Source of the DNA: Lama guanicoe
Taxonomy: Eukaryota
Length of the DNA: 64,000 bases
Assembly: GCA_013239625.1 (NCBI GenBank)
Contig: MU054323.1
Location: 7,863,220 to 7,927,219, forward strand
Direction: 5' to 3'
Positions 1-13,262 of this stretch are shown one piece after another. The notes beneath the pieces are model-generated. The model was not told where the DNA came from and did no database searches. It saw only the letters and a list, made by a program, of their open reading frames with translations. How positions within the stretch are numbered: position 1 is the first letter of the stretch; each line of letters begins with the position of its first letter. Made by a program: the position numbers and the translations under genes.

Positions 1-1789
1 CCTGCGTGTGGGACTAACAATTAAGGAAATAAGCTATTTTAGTTCCTGGGAAAATATCACTTCTTCCATTATATGTCAGTTGGGGAAAAAAGGGTTTTAC
101 AGCATTCTCTCAGCTGGGTATCTGTTATTTTATGTCAGGAAAATTCAGTTGCCATTGGTTTATAATTTCAGAAATGTGATTATGCTTTGTAGACTGAGAA
201 GAAAAAAAATTTAATAGAAAAGGAAAACCAAGTGAGTGGTTTTGAAAACAGGCTCAAAACCCTGTGTAATATCGTGACATAAAAAGATAATGTGAACATA
301 TGGAATGTTTAATTGCTCTTCAGATAATTAACACCTGCTTTTGCTTCTTGGTGTCAACCTGCTGTCTTTAGACCTGACTGTATTTGTGTATGCAAACCTA
401 AAAATGTTTTGAGCATGAATAAGCAGCTTTGACTATTTTTAACCCTGAGCAAAGGGTCACCAGTTAGCCTTAAGGTAGTGAGGCAGGAACTCTGTTTCTG
501 GTTTGAAATAAATTGTTGACTGCCTTAACAGTTGGTAGGAGCTGGTATGAAGAGGATCAAGGAAAACGATAATTTTAAAAGTTAGCAAGCTTAGGGTGTA
601 AGAGGTTTTGGAAGATGGAGGAGACAAAAATCAAAGCACAGATGGAGTAGCTTGCCATGATTTTCTTTCTTTTCGGAGGGGTCATTAATATTTCAGTGTC
701 TTTTATATTAGTATTTCATAACTAACCAGCATTATAATATAAAATTTCCTCTCAAGATGCCATTGTAGTTTCTTTACAGTGTGTTCTTTCTTGGTGGAGA
801 ATTTAGTCATGGATTTGACACTGGTGTGTATATAATTTACTAATTGTATAATGTGAATGTATGAGGAAGTAGGAAGCATGTAACAGCTAGAAGTGTTGAG
901 GGTGTTACTCATAGTGGAATGCTGTGGGAGATATTCTCCCTAAATTCTTATTACTTAGGACAGAGGTTGAGATGCAAAATTGAAATGTATCCCTTCTACA
1001 TTATAGCTCTTAGATATTGGAAACCCAGGTCCTGTACATTCTTTGTCTTAGACAAGTGCATTTTTGGCTGGGACTTTAGGTAGGAAACTTTAACCCCTCT
1101 CTAAGGGGATAGAATTATTAGTTGATTTAAACTTCTTTTTACCAATTCAGAAGAGAACTAAACTATGTCTATTGTGATAGGACACATTTTTATGGTTTTT
1201 TTTTCATGAGAGCATATATAATTACACCTTTTTTTAAGGCAACTTGTAACTAAATGGGTAAGATTAATAAAATAAAACAAGATTTTAGAATTGAGAAAAA
1301 TGAAGATGTAAATATACTATCCCTGGAGGACAACTCATTTGCTGTGTCAGTTTGTGAAATTTCCCTATAAATTTCTTGGTGATTGGTGGCCAACACACAA
1401 AAAAAAATGGGGTCAGGGAGGGAAGGCTACCAACAATGTATTGTTAATTCTTTTTAGAAATAATGTAGAGAAAGGTGGAAAGAACAGATCATAACTAATG
1501 CACTGTAAGTTTTCATTAAGCTACTTGTAATGCTTCTAATTAGTTGACAAAACATTAAAGGTAATGGAGATAAAAATTGTGGTCTAAGAACATATATAAG
1601 TACAAATGCATACATATACGTATGTGCGTACGTACGTGTGTGTGTGTGTAGCTTCTGACTGATCTAACCTAATTTAAGTGTACAACATAGAATTGAGACC
1701 GAGTCAATTAGATGGTTTTTGTTAAATGACATTTCTTTTGGCAGTTTTTAGATAGATATTTCATTACCTGCTAACTCTGCTTTTGCACA

Positions 1790-2488
1790 CACACACCCAT
1801 TTTTAACATGGTAGACAGAACAACTTTTCTGAAACGAGGTTATTTCTTTTTGTAAAACCTTCCAATGGACTTCCCATCTCACTCAGAGGAAAAGCTGAGG
1901 TCCTTGCCAAGGCCTATAAAATCCTATACGATTTGCACTCCCTTCCCCATCTCTCTATCTCCTTACTAGTCTGCCTTCACTCATTCCATTCTAGTCACGT
2001 TGATCTCCTTACTGTTCTTCAACCATGCCTCAGAACCTTCACACTTGTTCTTCCCTCTTCTTGGAACGCTGTTACTGCAGGTATTTATATGGCTCACATC
2101 CTTATTCCCTTCACTTCCTCTCCCTTGTTTACAATTTCATTTGCTTGCACCATCCCCAATATCAGTCCCTAGTCTCTCTACTTTTTGCCTTTTTGGCACT
2201 TTTCCTCCTGAAGAAGTGCAATTCCAGAAATAAATTTCTTCCTTCCTTCCTCCCTTCCTCCCTCCCTCCCTCCCTCTCTCTCTCTCTTCCTCTCTCCCTC
2301 TCTCCCTCCCTCCCTCCCTCCCTTCCCTTTCTTTTTCTTTCTCTCTTCCTTCCTTCCTTCCTTCCTTCCTTCCTTCCTTTCCCAACCCCCAATAGAATAT
2401 AGACTCTTAATAAGGGAGGAATTTTTGCTCTGTTTACAGCTTTTTCTCTAGAGCCTAGAGTAGTAAATACTGGTAGAGTGAATAAATG
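1790..2488 (+). mobile_element. LINE-2 3' fragment interrupted by a pyrimidine microsatellite
   Basis: L2-like text (ccttccaatggacttcccatctcactcagag...; ...agagcctagagtagt...gtgaataaatga); family by eye. Confidence 0.55.
2235..2383. repeat. Compound (CCTT)n/(CCCT)n/(CT)n polypyrimidine tract
   Basis: ~150 nt of only C/T on the + strand. Confidence 0.95.
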
Positions 2489-3804
2489 AGATTTTTGTGT
2501 TGTTTTAAAGGGCAAATCCATATACTTTGACATGAAGTGGGCAAGTGACAAGGCTGAGATTCTCTTAAGAAAATTGAAAAGTCCAGCCAGATCTTTAACT
2601 TGGCTTAATGAAAAACCGTTTTATTTTACCTTTATGCAGAAATAGGCTTCAGGCAAAGTCAGGGTTTTCCTTTTGAGGCAATATTGATTACAGCTTAAAC
2701 ATAGACAAGTATTAACTTGAGAGAGCTCTTCATACCATAGACGTAGAGCATCTACAGAGATCGTTATTATTTAGGACATCTTTGAAAGCACAATTGAATT
2801 TTGAGTCACTATAATGATACTATTGCATCTCTGCATATTTTTATACTATTGGTTCTTTGGGGTTATCTGTAACAAATAACTTCAGTTATCCCTCCTAATT
2901 GTGAGTGAAAAAACCAAAGATCCAGGAAAGTTAAATACCTTCAAGGTCACCCAGCTGAAAGGATTGGAACCTGAGGATAAACTTGGATCTGACTCCAGAC
3001 CCATGTTCTGTATGTATTCTTGCATAATGCCTAGCACATAGTAGACACTTGGTATATATTTGAATTGATGGATAAATAGATGGCAGATGTGTGAACATGT
3101 AATGCATACCACAATTAAGTATAAGGAGTATTGATGTATTGGTGGTTCTGTTATATTCCTTGCTACTCATATTTTTAGGCGTGTGAGCGTTATTTTTAAA
3201 ATATGTATATTTTCAAGGGTTCTGTGACTAGATTGGAGTGCCTTGATTTTAAAATTTAATGAAGAACCTGCTGGGTAAGATTTTGAAATACTGATTCATT
3301 AACAGACATTCGAGTACTTACTCACCATGTAGATACTGTGGATTCTGCAGTGAACAATACAGATCTCTGATGGAACTTGTATTTTAGAGGGCATGGAAGG
3401 CAGTGAATAACTCTGTAATAAGTGATATGCAGAGAAGTAAAGTAAGGAGATGGAATGGAGAGAGACTGGATGACTATTTAAATTGGATGGGCAGAGAAGT
3501 CTTCACTGATAAGGTGATGGTTCAAATGCAGAGATGAGGAGCCAATCATGTATAGGCTGTGGGCAAAGCGAGTATAGAGGCTCTCAGGTGGGGCCAAGTT
3601 TGTGAATTTGAGGACATGAGAAAAATGTGGCTCTAGCTGTCAGGGAAAGGAGTGCCTCAGAATTTGGGTGAAAAGTGCAAATCCAGTAGCACTTTGTAAA
3701 CTTCAGGATAAGAATTTTGGAATTGGTCCTGGTAATAATGAATTGCCACTGGGAGTTTTGGTTTGTTTTTTAAGCCTAGTCATGTTTTCCATTTGTTTGT
3801 TTTG

Positions 3805-4530
3805 TAATGGCTTTATTGAGACATAATTTATATATCTTATAATTCTCTCATATAAAGTGTACAATTAAATAGTTTTTTAGTATGTTTACAGAATATATTC
3901 ACCATTATCATAATTTGAGAACATATTTATACTCCTGGAAAGAAACCCCATACCCTTTAGCAGTCTGCCCATCCTGCCCAAACCCTTCAGCCAGGGCAAC
4001 CACTAAACCTATTTTCTGTCTCTGTAGGTTTTCTATTCAGGACATTTCATATAAGTGGAACTATACAATGTGTTTTTTTCTGTCTGGCTTCTTTCACTTT
4101 AACATAATGTTATCAGGGCTCATCCATGTTGTAGCATATATGAATGTTTTCATTACTTTTTATGGCTGAATAACATTCCATTGTATGGATATACCTTATC
4201 AGTGTATGATTTGCAAATTTTTTTTCCCTTTTGTGGGTTTTCTTTTTCTTGATAGTGTCTGTGGAACTACGGATCTTCTTAATTTTGACGAGACCCAGTT
4301 TACTTATTTCTTTCCCGTTGTTTGTGCTTTTGGTGCAGCGTATCTGAGAAGCAGTTGCCAAAGCTATGATCATGAAGATATCCCCCTATGTTTTCTTATA
4401 AGAGTTTTAGAATTTTAGCTCTTACATTTAGGTCTTAGATCTGTTTTAAATTAACTTCTGTATAGGGTATGAGGTGGAGTCTGACTTCATTTTTTTGCTT
4501 AAAGATAGCCAGTTGTTTCAGTTCCATTAT
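3805..4530 (-). mobile_element. Old L1 fragments (3'UTR and ORF2 end)
   Basis: Typical antisense L1 text (ctttattgagacataattta...; atccatgttgtagcat...; ttttagctcttacatttaggtc). Confidence 0.7.
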
Positions 4531-4934
4531 TTCCCCAGTGAAGCTATTGGAAATTTTTAAGCAGAAAAATGATAAGATCAAACTATATTTAAAGAAGATG
4601 ACTTTGGCTACTGTGTAGAGAATGTCATCTCCTACACCTCTGAATGTTAGAATGCTAGCAAAAAGATCCTGAGAATGAGCAGAAACATGGTTTCTGAAAA
4701 GTCATGAGAATAAAATGTTTCAAGAGGAAGTGGTAACTCTGTAGAACCCTGCTGAATGATTACTGTACGTATAAAGGGACTAGATACTGGCTTTGCCAAT
4801 CAGAGACTTAGAAAGAGCAGTCTTGGTAGAATTGTAGTAATAGCAGTTGGATTAGAATTCTTTAAGGAATAAATTTGAAGAGGCAGAAACTAGAGGTAAC
4901 TATTTAAAGAAGTTTGCTAGGAAGATTTTTTTTT

Positions 4935-6540
4935 TGTAGGTGTAGACAAGCTTGTCCTAAATTGTATACGGAAATGCTAGAATAATTAAAATAACTCTGA
5001 CAGAAAAATAAGTGAGAGGAACTAGTCTACCTGATTTTAAGACTTTTTTAGCTACGTTAATCAAGACAGTGCCATATTGGCGGAGACATAGATACACAGG
5101 TCATTGTAACAATAAAAAACCCAGAAACAAATTGAACCATGGCCTACTGGTTTTTGCCGTAGGTGTAAAAGCAATTCAGTGAAGAAAGGATATTTCTGTA
5201 AAACATTTTCAACAAATGGTGCTAGAGCATTGGGCATCCATGAGCAAAAAGGTGATCTTCTACTTAAAATTGATACTTTGTGCTAAAATTAATTCAGACT
5301 GTATTGTTAATTTAAACATAAGATGTAAAACCTTCAGACTTAGAAGAAAACATAGGAGAAAATTCGGGGGACATAAGATTGGGTGAAAAGTTCTTAGACA
5401 TAACACTAAAACCACAACCCTAAAAGGTAAAAAATCAATAAATTGGACTTCAACAAAATAAAAATTTTTTGCTCTACAAAAGACTTTGTCAAAAGAAACT
5501 AGTTACAGACTTGGAGAAAATATTTCCAAACCACATATCTGACAGAGGACTTGTATGAAAAAGAACCCTCAACACTCAATAGTTCTGTTTTTTTTAAGGC
5601 AAACTATCCAATTAGAAAATAGGCAGAAGATATAAATAGACATTTCACCAGCGAGAATAGATGGATGGCAGATAATTACATGAAAAAATATTTATCATTA
5701 GCTATAGAGAAATACAAATTAAAATGATGAGCTATCACTACGTGCCCTGTTAGAACAACTAAAATATAGTGAGAAAACCAAATGCTGAGGAGGATGCAAA
5801 GAAACTGGATCTCTCATACATTGCTAGTGGGAATATAAAGTGGTATAGCCACTCTAGAAAAGCTTGGCAGTTTCTTAGAAAGTTAAACATATATTTACCA
5901 CATGGCTCAGCAATAACATTCCTGAGTATTCATCTCAGAGAAATGGAAGCTTTTGTACATGAATATTCATATCAACTTTACTTGTAATAGCCCAAAACTG
6001 GAAACAACACGTGTCCTTCCACAGGTGAGTGATTAAACAAATTGTGATACATCCATACCATGGAGTATTTATTACTCAACAGTAAAATGGAACAGACTAG
6101 TATTACATGCAACAACTTGGGTAAATCTCAGTAGCATTATGCTAGAAAAAGTAAACGACCATTTCAAAAGGTTGCATTCTGCATGATTCCTTCTATATAA
6201 CATTCTGGAAATGGAAATGGAAGACAGATTATTAGCCAGGGTGTAGGGACTTGGGTGGCGGGGGAGAGGAGTGATACAACAGTTTTCTGTCGTATTTGTG
6301 ATGGTGAATACATAGATCTTTACCCCCTGAAAAAATTGCAGAGAACACCCAAGTACATGTAAAAAAGTGAACTCTAAATAAGGCCTATAGATTGTACCAA
6401 TGTGAATTCCCTGGTTTTGCTTTTGTACTATGATGTAAGATGTTACCATTGAGGAAAGCTGAGTGAAGGGGAGACAGGACTTCTTTGTACTGGTTTTGAA
6501 ATTTTCTGTGAGGCAATAGTTACTTTAAAATAAAAGTTTT
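4935..6540 (+). mobile_element. L1 (L1MB/MC-type) 3' ORF2 and 3'UTR, decayed
   Basis: ttttcaacaaatggtgc, agaagaaaacataggag, atagacatttcacca, 3' end aaaataaaagtt. Confidence 0.8.
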
Positions 6541-7288
6541 TTTGTTTTTTTAAGTTTGCTGGGAAGGAGAACAGAGTAGTGCAGTGTTAGTTGGAGGAGG
6601 TTGTAGATTTGAGAATGGAATTTTTTATTTGTTTGAATTTTGCTTTTTAAGAAAAGATAGGGGAGACTAAAATATGCATATATGCGAGTTATAATGATCC
6701 ATAAAAAGAAGTGATGCAAACAAGAGGGAAAGTTTTCAGGAGCAAAATATGTCTCTTAAATCTTTGGCCAGCCGGCATTGAAAAATACTGCTATTCACAT
6801 ATTTTTGTCTTGTTATTCATAAATGAGGTTATCTTCACAGCTTCTTGTAAATGATTCTAAATGTTAACTTGTTTATACTATCATATAGCCCTTTAATGTT
6901 CTAAAGATTCCACATGCTTTTGTATTACATTATGGAACTAGATAAATGGAATTCGAAGACTTTTTAAAATCACACTTGTATTCATTTTATTATTCATAAA
7001 TAACTTCAAGAATTTTTTATGTCACTTTTGACTGTTTTCCCTTCCAGATTTTCACCCAGTATTGGTAGGTTGTTAATTTCCTTAGACTAAAAAGTATGCA
7101 TTCATATGTTTATGAATAACTTTAATTATTTACTGTTTAAGAATTAATTGAGTAATGGTTCTGTTTTGCTTTGTGTCATATAATGGATTTTAATCTCTGT
7201 TTTACCAAACTGTTCTACTGTCTTGCCCTTTATCTAGAATGTAGTAATATCCAAATGCTCAATACAAATTATTGGCTGTTTATTTCAG

Positions 7289-7427
7289 GGATACGGCAGG
7301 CCAGGAGCGATTTCACACCATCACAACCTCCTACTACAGAGGAGCAATGGGTATCATGCTAGTATATGACATCACCAATGGTAAAAGTTTTGAAAACATC
7401 AGCAAATGGCTTAGAAACATAGATGAG
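7289..7427 (+). CDS. RAB10: RAB10 coding exon 3 (139 nt; switch II region)
   Basis: tttcAG|G GAT ACG GCA...GAT GAG|GTaaga; encodes [46 protein letters not shown], the RAB10 G3/switch II sequence including T73 (LRRK2 site). Exons 1-2 lie upstream of the window. Confidence 0.97.
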
Positions 7428-8304
7428 GTAAGACCTAGAAATTGCATAAACCCTACATAAGCACACGTTTGTGCACTTAGTTAAGAAGAATAAGTGTTCT
7501 AATTGATCTTTAGGATATAGTGCTACTATCATTATTATTGAGTATTTCTACTTGTTATAGGGTAATGTTGCTTTGTTACTTTTTGGCCTATCTTTTCTTA
7601 AAATTTTGGGCAGATCTGTCTAGAATCCTATTCAAGGCAATTACCAAATTACCCTAAAACTCTATACAATGATCTTATAAGATGGCCCCAAATAGAAGCT
7701 ACCAGTGGTTTAACACACCTCTCTAAACGAATTCTTTCTCAGTGAATTTTTATTGAGTGAATGAATTACATTTTCGATAGTAATTTAAAAAATATATTTT
7801 TAAGTTATAAAAATGTCATATCACTTCTAGACATTTTGAAATATACAGAGTACTAATGTGGTAAAAACCTAAGAAGATAGTGCCATATCATTTCATGTGA
7901 AGATGTCAATTTTTATAAAGTTAAGTTGTGTGTCAGCACGTCTGTTTCTGTGCTACAGCATAGGTAGCTTCTTGTTGGAATTACTTTTCATGTCTTATTG
8001 CTGCCTTCTGTGCTTTGAATTTCATTAAGGCTAACTTTTAAAAGCAAGTTTTGGCTGGATACACAAAGATCAAGTCTTAAGCCAGTATTAGACCCAGGAT
8101 AATAATATCTTCAGTGGTAGCAATCCTAAAGGCTCATGACTAACTTTTCCATTTCTACAAGAAGCCTTTTAGTATTTAATACCAGTTAATGACACAGATT
8201 TAGAAACAAGCAGAAGCCTCCGTTTTTAATTGCCTTAGCCTTTATTTTATAGTTTAGCCAAGTAGCATGTGTAATAAGAGCAGTTTATATAGAGACTATG
8301 CAGT

Positions 8305-9395
8305 GTTGTAGCAACAACCAGTTTTCCGATTCTGTGATATCACCTGACACTATTCTGACACTAACTACTCAGTCTTAGCATCAGACTCCACATGTCTAAG
8401 ACCCACAGATTGCCCTTACTTCATTTGCAAGTCTTGTGTCCCCAGACTACCTGCACTTTTGTCTGACTTGGCTGCAAATTTCAGGGGTCTCATGATCCAT
8501 TTTCAAGTTCGATAGTTTACTCAAATGACTCTCAGAACTCAGTAACACTATATTTATGATTTTGTTGTAAAGGATGCAGTTCTGAAATAGCTACATAGAA
8601 GAAATGCATGGGCAATGCATGAGGATTAGAAAACAGCTTCCAGGCTGTCTCTGGACATGTCACTGCCTTGGCACCTTTTTTTTTTTAAATTATTTTATTT
8701 TATTTTATTTTTATTTTTATTTTTATTTAGTTTTTTTATTTATCAATATTCCCAACTTTTTTTTTAATTGAAGTATAGTCAGTTTACAATGTTGTGTCAA
8801 TTTCTAATGTGTAGCGTAAAGTTTCAGTCATACATATACATACATTCATTTTCATATTCTTTTTCATTATAGATATTGAATATAGTTTCATACAAGATAT
8901 TGAATATAGTTCCCTGTGCTATACAGTAGAAATTTGTTGTTTATCTACTTTGTATATAGTAGTTAGTATCTGCCAATCTTAATCTCCAAATTTATCCCCC
9001 CGGCAACCACAAGTCCTCTTGGCACCTTGATGTGTTTCCCAACCTGGAAGATACCTCAGCTTCATTGTTTCCAGGTTTTAATGGGAGCTTCATTACATAG
9101 TCATGGTTAATTAAATCATTGGCCTCTGGTAATTGAACTTAATCTCTAGCCCCCTTCACTTCCTGGGATGTGGGTCTGAAAGTTCCAACCCTCAGTGTTT
9201 GGTTCTTTTGGTGACCAGCCTCTATTATGAAGCTCTGTAGGGACCCTGCCATGAGTCCTTCATTAGCATAAATTTAGGTTAATAGAAAACAGATTGTTAT
9301 GAATAACAAAAGATACACTCTTATCACTCACGAAATTAGGAGCTCTGTGCTAGGAATGAAGACAAAGACCAAAAATATGTTTTTATTATGCCACA
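8305..9395 (+). mobile_element. MER21-like solo LTR, split by a younger L1 insertion
   Basis: ttctgacactaactac...agactccaca...gcccttacttca; ends ttttattatgccaca as MER21 does; family by eye. Confidence 0.55.
8678..9017 (-). mobile_element. 5'-truncated lineage L1 3' end with poly(A) and 11-bp TSD
   Basis: T-rich tail at 8678-8766; cttggcacctt duplicated at 8667-8677 and 9018-9028. Confidence 0.85.
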
Positions 9396-9574
9396 GGCAT
9401 ATACATTTAACTTGATAGGCTGGATGGCTTAAGCTTCTCTGCATGAGAACTAAGATACATAAAACCCAGCCATTAAAAAAAAACCTTCTTCTGATATGTA
9501 AGAGATTGACTTTGGCTAATTTTCACTTTGTTATAGAAATTAAAATTTTAATAGCTGAATTGATCCAGTAGCAT

Positions 9575-10790
9575 TTAAGAAAAGCTTATATATGGTGATC
9601 AAGAGGAATTTACCTCAGGATGCAGCATATGAATCAGTCAGTGTAATACACCATATTAATAAAAGACAAAAAACATATGATCACGTGAACAGACACCCAA
9701 AGAACAATTTGACAAAATCAGGCACCCTTTCGTGATAAAAAACACTGAACAAACTAAAAATAGAGAGAACTTCCTTAGCCTAATGAAAGATGTCTGTGAA
9801 AGTCCCACAGCCAGCATCATACCTGCTCCCTATAATCAAGAACATGATTAGGATGCCAGCTCTGGCTACTACTGTTTAACACTATACTGGAGGTTCTAGC
9901 CAGGGCATTTAAGCACAGGAAAAAAGGAGGGGGGCACCCAGATTGAAAGGTAAAGCTGTATTTGTAAATGATGTGATCTTGTATGTAGAAAATCCTAAGG
10001 AATCCACACACATCCACCAAAAAACGAAACTATTAGAACTAATAACAAAGAAGTTCAATTAGGTTGCAGGAAACAAATATCAGTATACAAAAATCAGTTG
10101 TATTTCTATACACTAGCAGTGAATAATCCAAAAATGAAATTAAGAATATAATTTCATTTACAATAGCATCAGAAAGAGAAAAAGAAATGAAAAATTTAAC
10201 CAAAGAAGTACAAGGCTTATACATTTTGAAAACCATAAAATGTTGTTAAAAGGAATTAAAGAAGATCTAATTATTTTGAATTTTTTTCTCTTTCATTGCC
10301 TGTGCTTTTGGTGTCATACCTAAGAATTCATTGCCAAGTCCAGTGTCATAAAACTTTTTCCTTATGTTTTCTTCTATGAGTTTACTAGTTCTGGGTCTTA
10401 TATTTAGGTCTTTGATCCATTTTGAGTTCATTTTTGTATATGGTATTAGTCAAAGCTCCATCTTCATTCTTTTGCATGTTGATGTCTGTATTCTCAACAC
10501 CATCTGTTGGGAAGACTATCCTTTTCCCCATTGAATGGTCTTGGCACTCTTCTTGGAAATCACTTGATGGTGTATACGAGGGTTTGTTTCTGGACTCTAT
10601 TCTGTTCCATTTGTCCATATCTGTTTTTATGCCAGTAACACACTGTTCTGATTACTGTAGCTTTGTAGTAAGTTTTGAAATCAGTTAAGTATGCATCTTC
10701 CATACTTCTTTTCAAGATCGTTTTGGCTGTTCAGGGTCCCTTGAAATTCATACCAATTTTAGAGATGGATTTTTCTTTTTCTGCAGAAGA
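9575..10790. mobile_element. L1 ORF2 fragments, + (9575-10270) then - (10271-10790)
   Basis: RT-region L1 text on +, followed by a downstream ORF2 segment on - (ORF 10385-10618 begins MDKWNRIES, matching L1 ORF2 DQWNRIE). Confidence 0.8.
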
Positions 10791-11184
10791 TGTAGTACTT
10801 TGGTGGAGCACACATTTATTTTAACTGATGTTTGTGCATGAGATCTCCTGGCAGTATAGCTTTTTGAGACTTTAAGGGCTTTGTAAAATTTTTAATTAAG
10901 TCTTCTTAATAGGGTAATACACATTATCCAGAATCATGATCCAGCTTAGGTTTAGATTATGGGTAAGAAATTACAGTTTCAAATCTTTTGCATATATCCT
11001 CTCTTTTGTTGAGAACATAACTAGAAACTAGACAGCCTTCTATAGGGGGCAAGTAATATTTGACCAGGGATATGCCTTAGGAATTGTGTTTATTTTTCTA
11101 GATAGTTTAAGAATTTGTATAGGCTTTTAGCATATGGTTTCAAGATGACTGCTTTAAAACTTTCAGACTATAGATGACTGAAGT

Positions 11185-11277
11185 GGGGAGGGAGTATAGC
11201 TCAGTGGTAGACTGCATGCTTAGCATGCATGGGGTCCTGGGTTCAATCCCCAGTGCCTCTATTTAAAAAAAAAAAAA
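11185..11277 (+). mobile_element. tRNA-Ala-derived SINE (Vic-1-type, camelid)
   Basis: ggggagggagtatagctcagtggtag (A box)...gggttcaatcccc (B box), followed by a poly(A) tail. Confidence 0.85.
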
Positions 11278-11369
11278 GAGAAGAAATGACACCATAAATT
11301 GAGAAAAAGTCATTTTTATTAAGCCATAATTCATGGTAGTATGTAAATTAATTTTTTATTTCATTTTAG

Positions 11370-11459
11370 CATGCCAACGAAGATGTGGAAAGAATGTTAC
11401 TAGGAAACAAATGTGATATGGATGATAAAAGAGTTGTCCCTAAAGGAAAAGGAGAACAG
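11370..11459 (+). CDS. RAB10: RAB10 coding exon 4 (90 nt)
   Basis: ttttAG|CAT GCC...GAA CAG|GTaagc; [30 protein letters not shown] with the NKCD G4 motif. Confidence 0.97.
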
Positions 11460-11778
11460 GTAAGCTCTGAATGAAACTAATATGCTGCCCTTTCCTTGTG
11501 AAGATGGTATTGCATTTGATTGTTTTTACCATAGTGGTGATGGAGTCCACTGAGCTATTCACATTCTTTTTAAAATGCTGTTGGAAACAACAGCTTATTG
11601 TTTGAGTTGATTTTTTGTTTGTTTATTTTTGAAGGAGTCTTGGCCCATCGAAATAACCTGTTTTCTATAACCTAGTTGAGACTGTTACCTTTAGAATAAT
11701 AATATCATTTAAGATACAAAAGTCATCAGTTGGCAACCTATATTGATAATTTTATATGATATTTTGCTTTTGTTTTAG

Positions 11779-11880
11779 ATTGCAAGGGAGCATGGTATTA
11801 GATTTTTTGAGACTAGTGCAAAAGCAAATATAAACATCGAAAAGGCGTTCCTCACGTTAGCTGAAGATATTCTTCGAAAG
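11779..11880 (+). CDS. RAB10: RAB10 coding exon 5 (102 nt)
   Basis: ttttAG|ATT GCA...CGA AAG|GTaagt; [34 protein letters not shown] with the ETSAK G5 motif. Confidence 0.97.
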
Positions 11881-12129
11881 GTAAGTTTCTGTTTTTATTT
11901 ACCGCTAAGGTACCTGGTGACACAGTTGAACTTTTAGGCTTTTCTAAAGTACTTGATTTACATACAGAAATTGGGTTTGGGTGGTATTGTTTCTAAACGT
12001 TTACCTGTCACCAATATCTAATCCTCCAAAGTGAAGTAAGGAATTGGAACAGAGAGCCATCTAGAAATCTGTGGGATCTAGCAGTGGTAACAGTACTCCT
12101 ACCTTTTAAAATTCGTAGCTTTTAACAGG

Positions 12130-12450
12130 ATAAAAACACTGTTACACACACAATAGCATGGATAAATCACCCAGGCTGATAGCAAAGGGAAAAAGAAGTC
12201 AGACACAAAAGAATATGTAAAATATGGTTCTATGTATATGAAGATCAGGAACAGAAAAAACCGATCAATGGTGATGAAATCCAAGTACTGGTTCCCTTTA
12301 GGAGGGTAGTACTGGCTGGAGAGGGACGCTAGGGAGCCTTCTCGGGGCATGTTCTGTCCTGTGTTTTGATCTGGTGGTTTCATGGCGTATACATCACTAG
12401 GCACAGTGAAGACTTGAATACTTTACTGTAGGTATGCTATCCCTAAGAAA
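12130..12450 (+). mobile_element. Old L1 (L1ME-type) 3'UTR fragment
   Basis: agcatggataaatc...aagaagtcagacacaaaagaat...ttgatctggtgg...tttactgta; family by eye. Confidence 0.55.
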
Positions 12451-13178
12451 ATTTTGCTTTCATACATATGGTATAAGCTATCCATTTAAAATAGTATGTT
12501 CTTCTGATTATAAAAGTAATATTTAGGGTGTTGGGGAAATACAGGATTATACAAAGGGGAAAATAAAATCATTCATAAATTCACCTAAGGGTTAATTACT
12601 ACTGTTAACATTTTGGTGTCTCTCCTTTTCATTTTTTCTATAACCATTTTTAACATGAATAATACAATTTTGCGTTTTGCCCCACCCTATTTCCTCCACT
12701 TAATGTTAGTATATCAGAGTGGAGATTGCCTTTTTAAAGCTATGGTACCATGATATAAGCTTCAGTCTCAAAAGGCAAGTAAAACTAAACAGAAAAGGGC
12801 TGTTTTCACGTCTCTGAAATTAGACATGATCCATCACTGGCTTTATACATGTGCTAGATGCTGTTTAAGCAGTGAGTACTCAGGGCGGAGGGCTAGGGGT
12901 AACATCTCTTCACAGGAGTTAGGGCAGAGACTTCAGAAGCTCTACAAAGGGAAGCCAGGAGGCCTCTGGACATTTCCCAACGTGGAAGAAGAGGGCAAAA
13001 TGAAGATCAGAAACAAAGCTTCTGTTTCTTTACTTTGCCTGAGAGAGAAAACCTATCTCATGTGACTATAATTGCATTTTGTTACATAAATCAACATTTA
13101 TGAGAATATTTCTGTTGATCTTGATTTACCCACGGCAGTGTTTTTTCACGGGCTGCTTTCCTTGTGTGTTTGTTGCAG

Positions 13179-13262
13179 ACCCCTGTAAAAGAGCCCAACA
13201 GTGAAAACGTAGATATCAGCAGTGGAGGAGGCGTGACAGGCTGGAAGAGCAAATGTTGCTGA
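13179..13262 (+). CDS. RAB10: RAB10 last coding exon 6 (84 nt to stop)
   Basis: ttgcAG|ACC CCT...[36 protein letters not shown], terminal CC geranylgeranylation motif. Confidence 0.97.
   Translation, partial: TPVKEPNSENVDISSGGGVTGWKSKCC

Noticed and set aside
2025..2551. ORFs with PSFL/EGRK repeats
   Set aside because: Translations of the CCTT/CCCT microsatellite.
11191..11261. tRNA-Ala(AGC) gene
   Set aside because: It has a 5' extension, a poly(A) tail, stem mismatches and a second dispersed copy, so it is a SINE rather than a functional tRNA gene.
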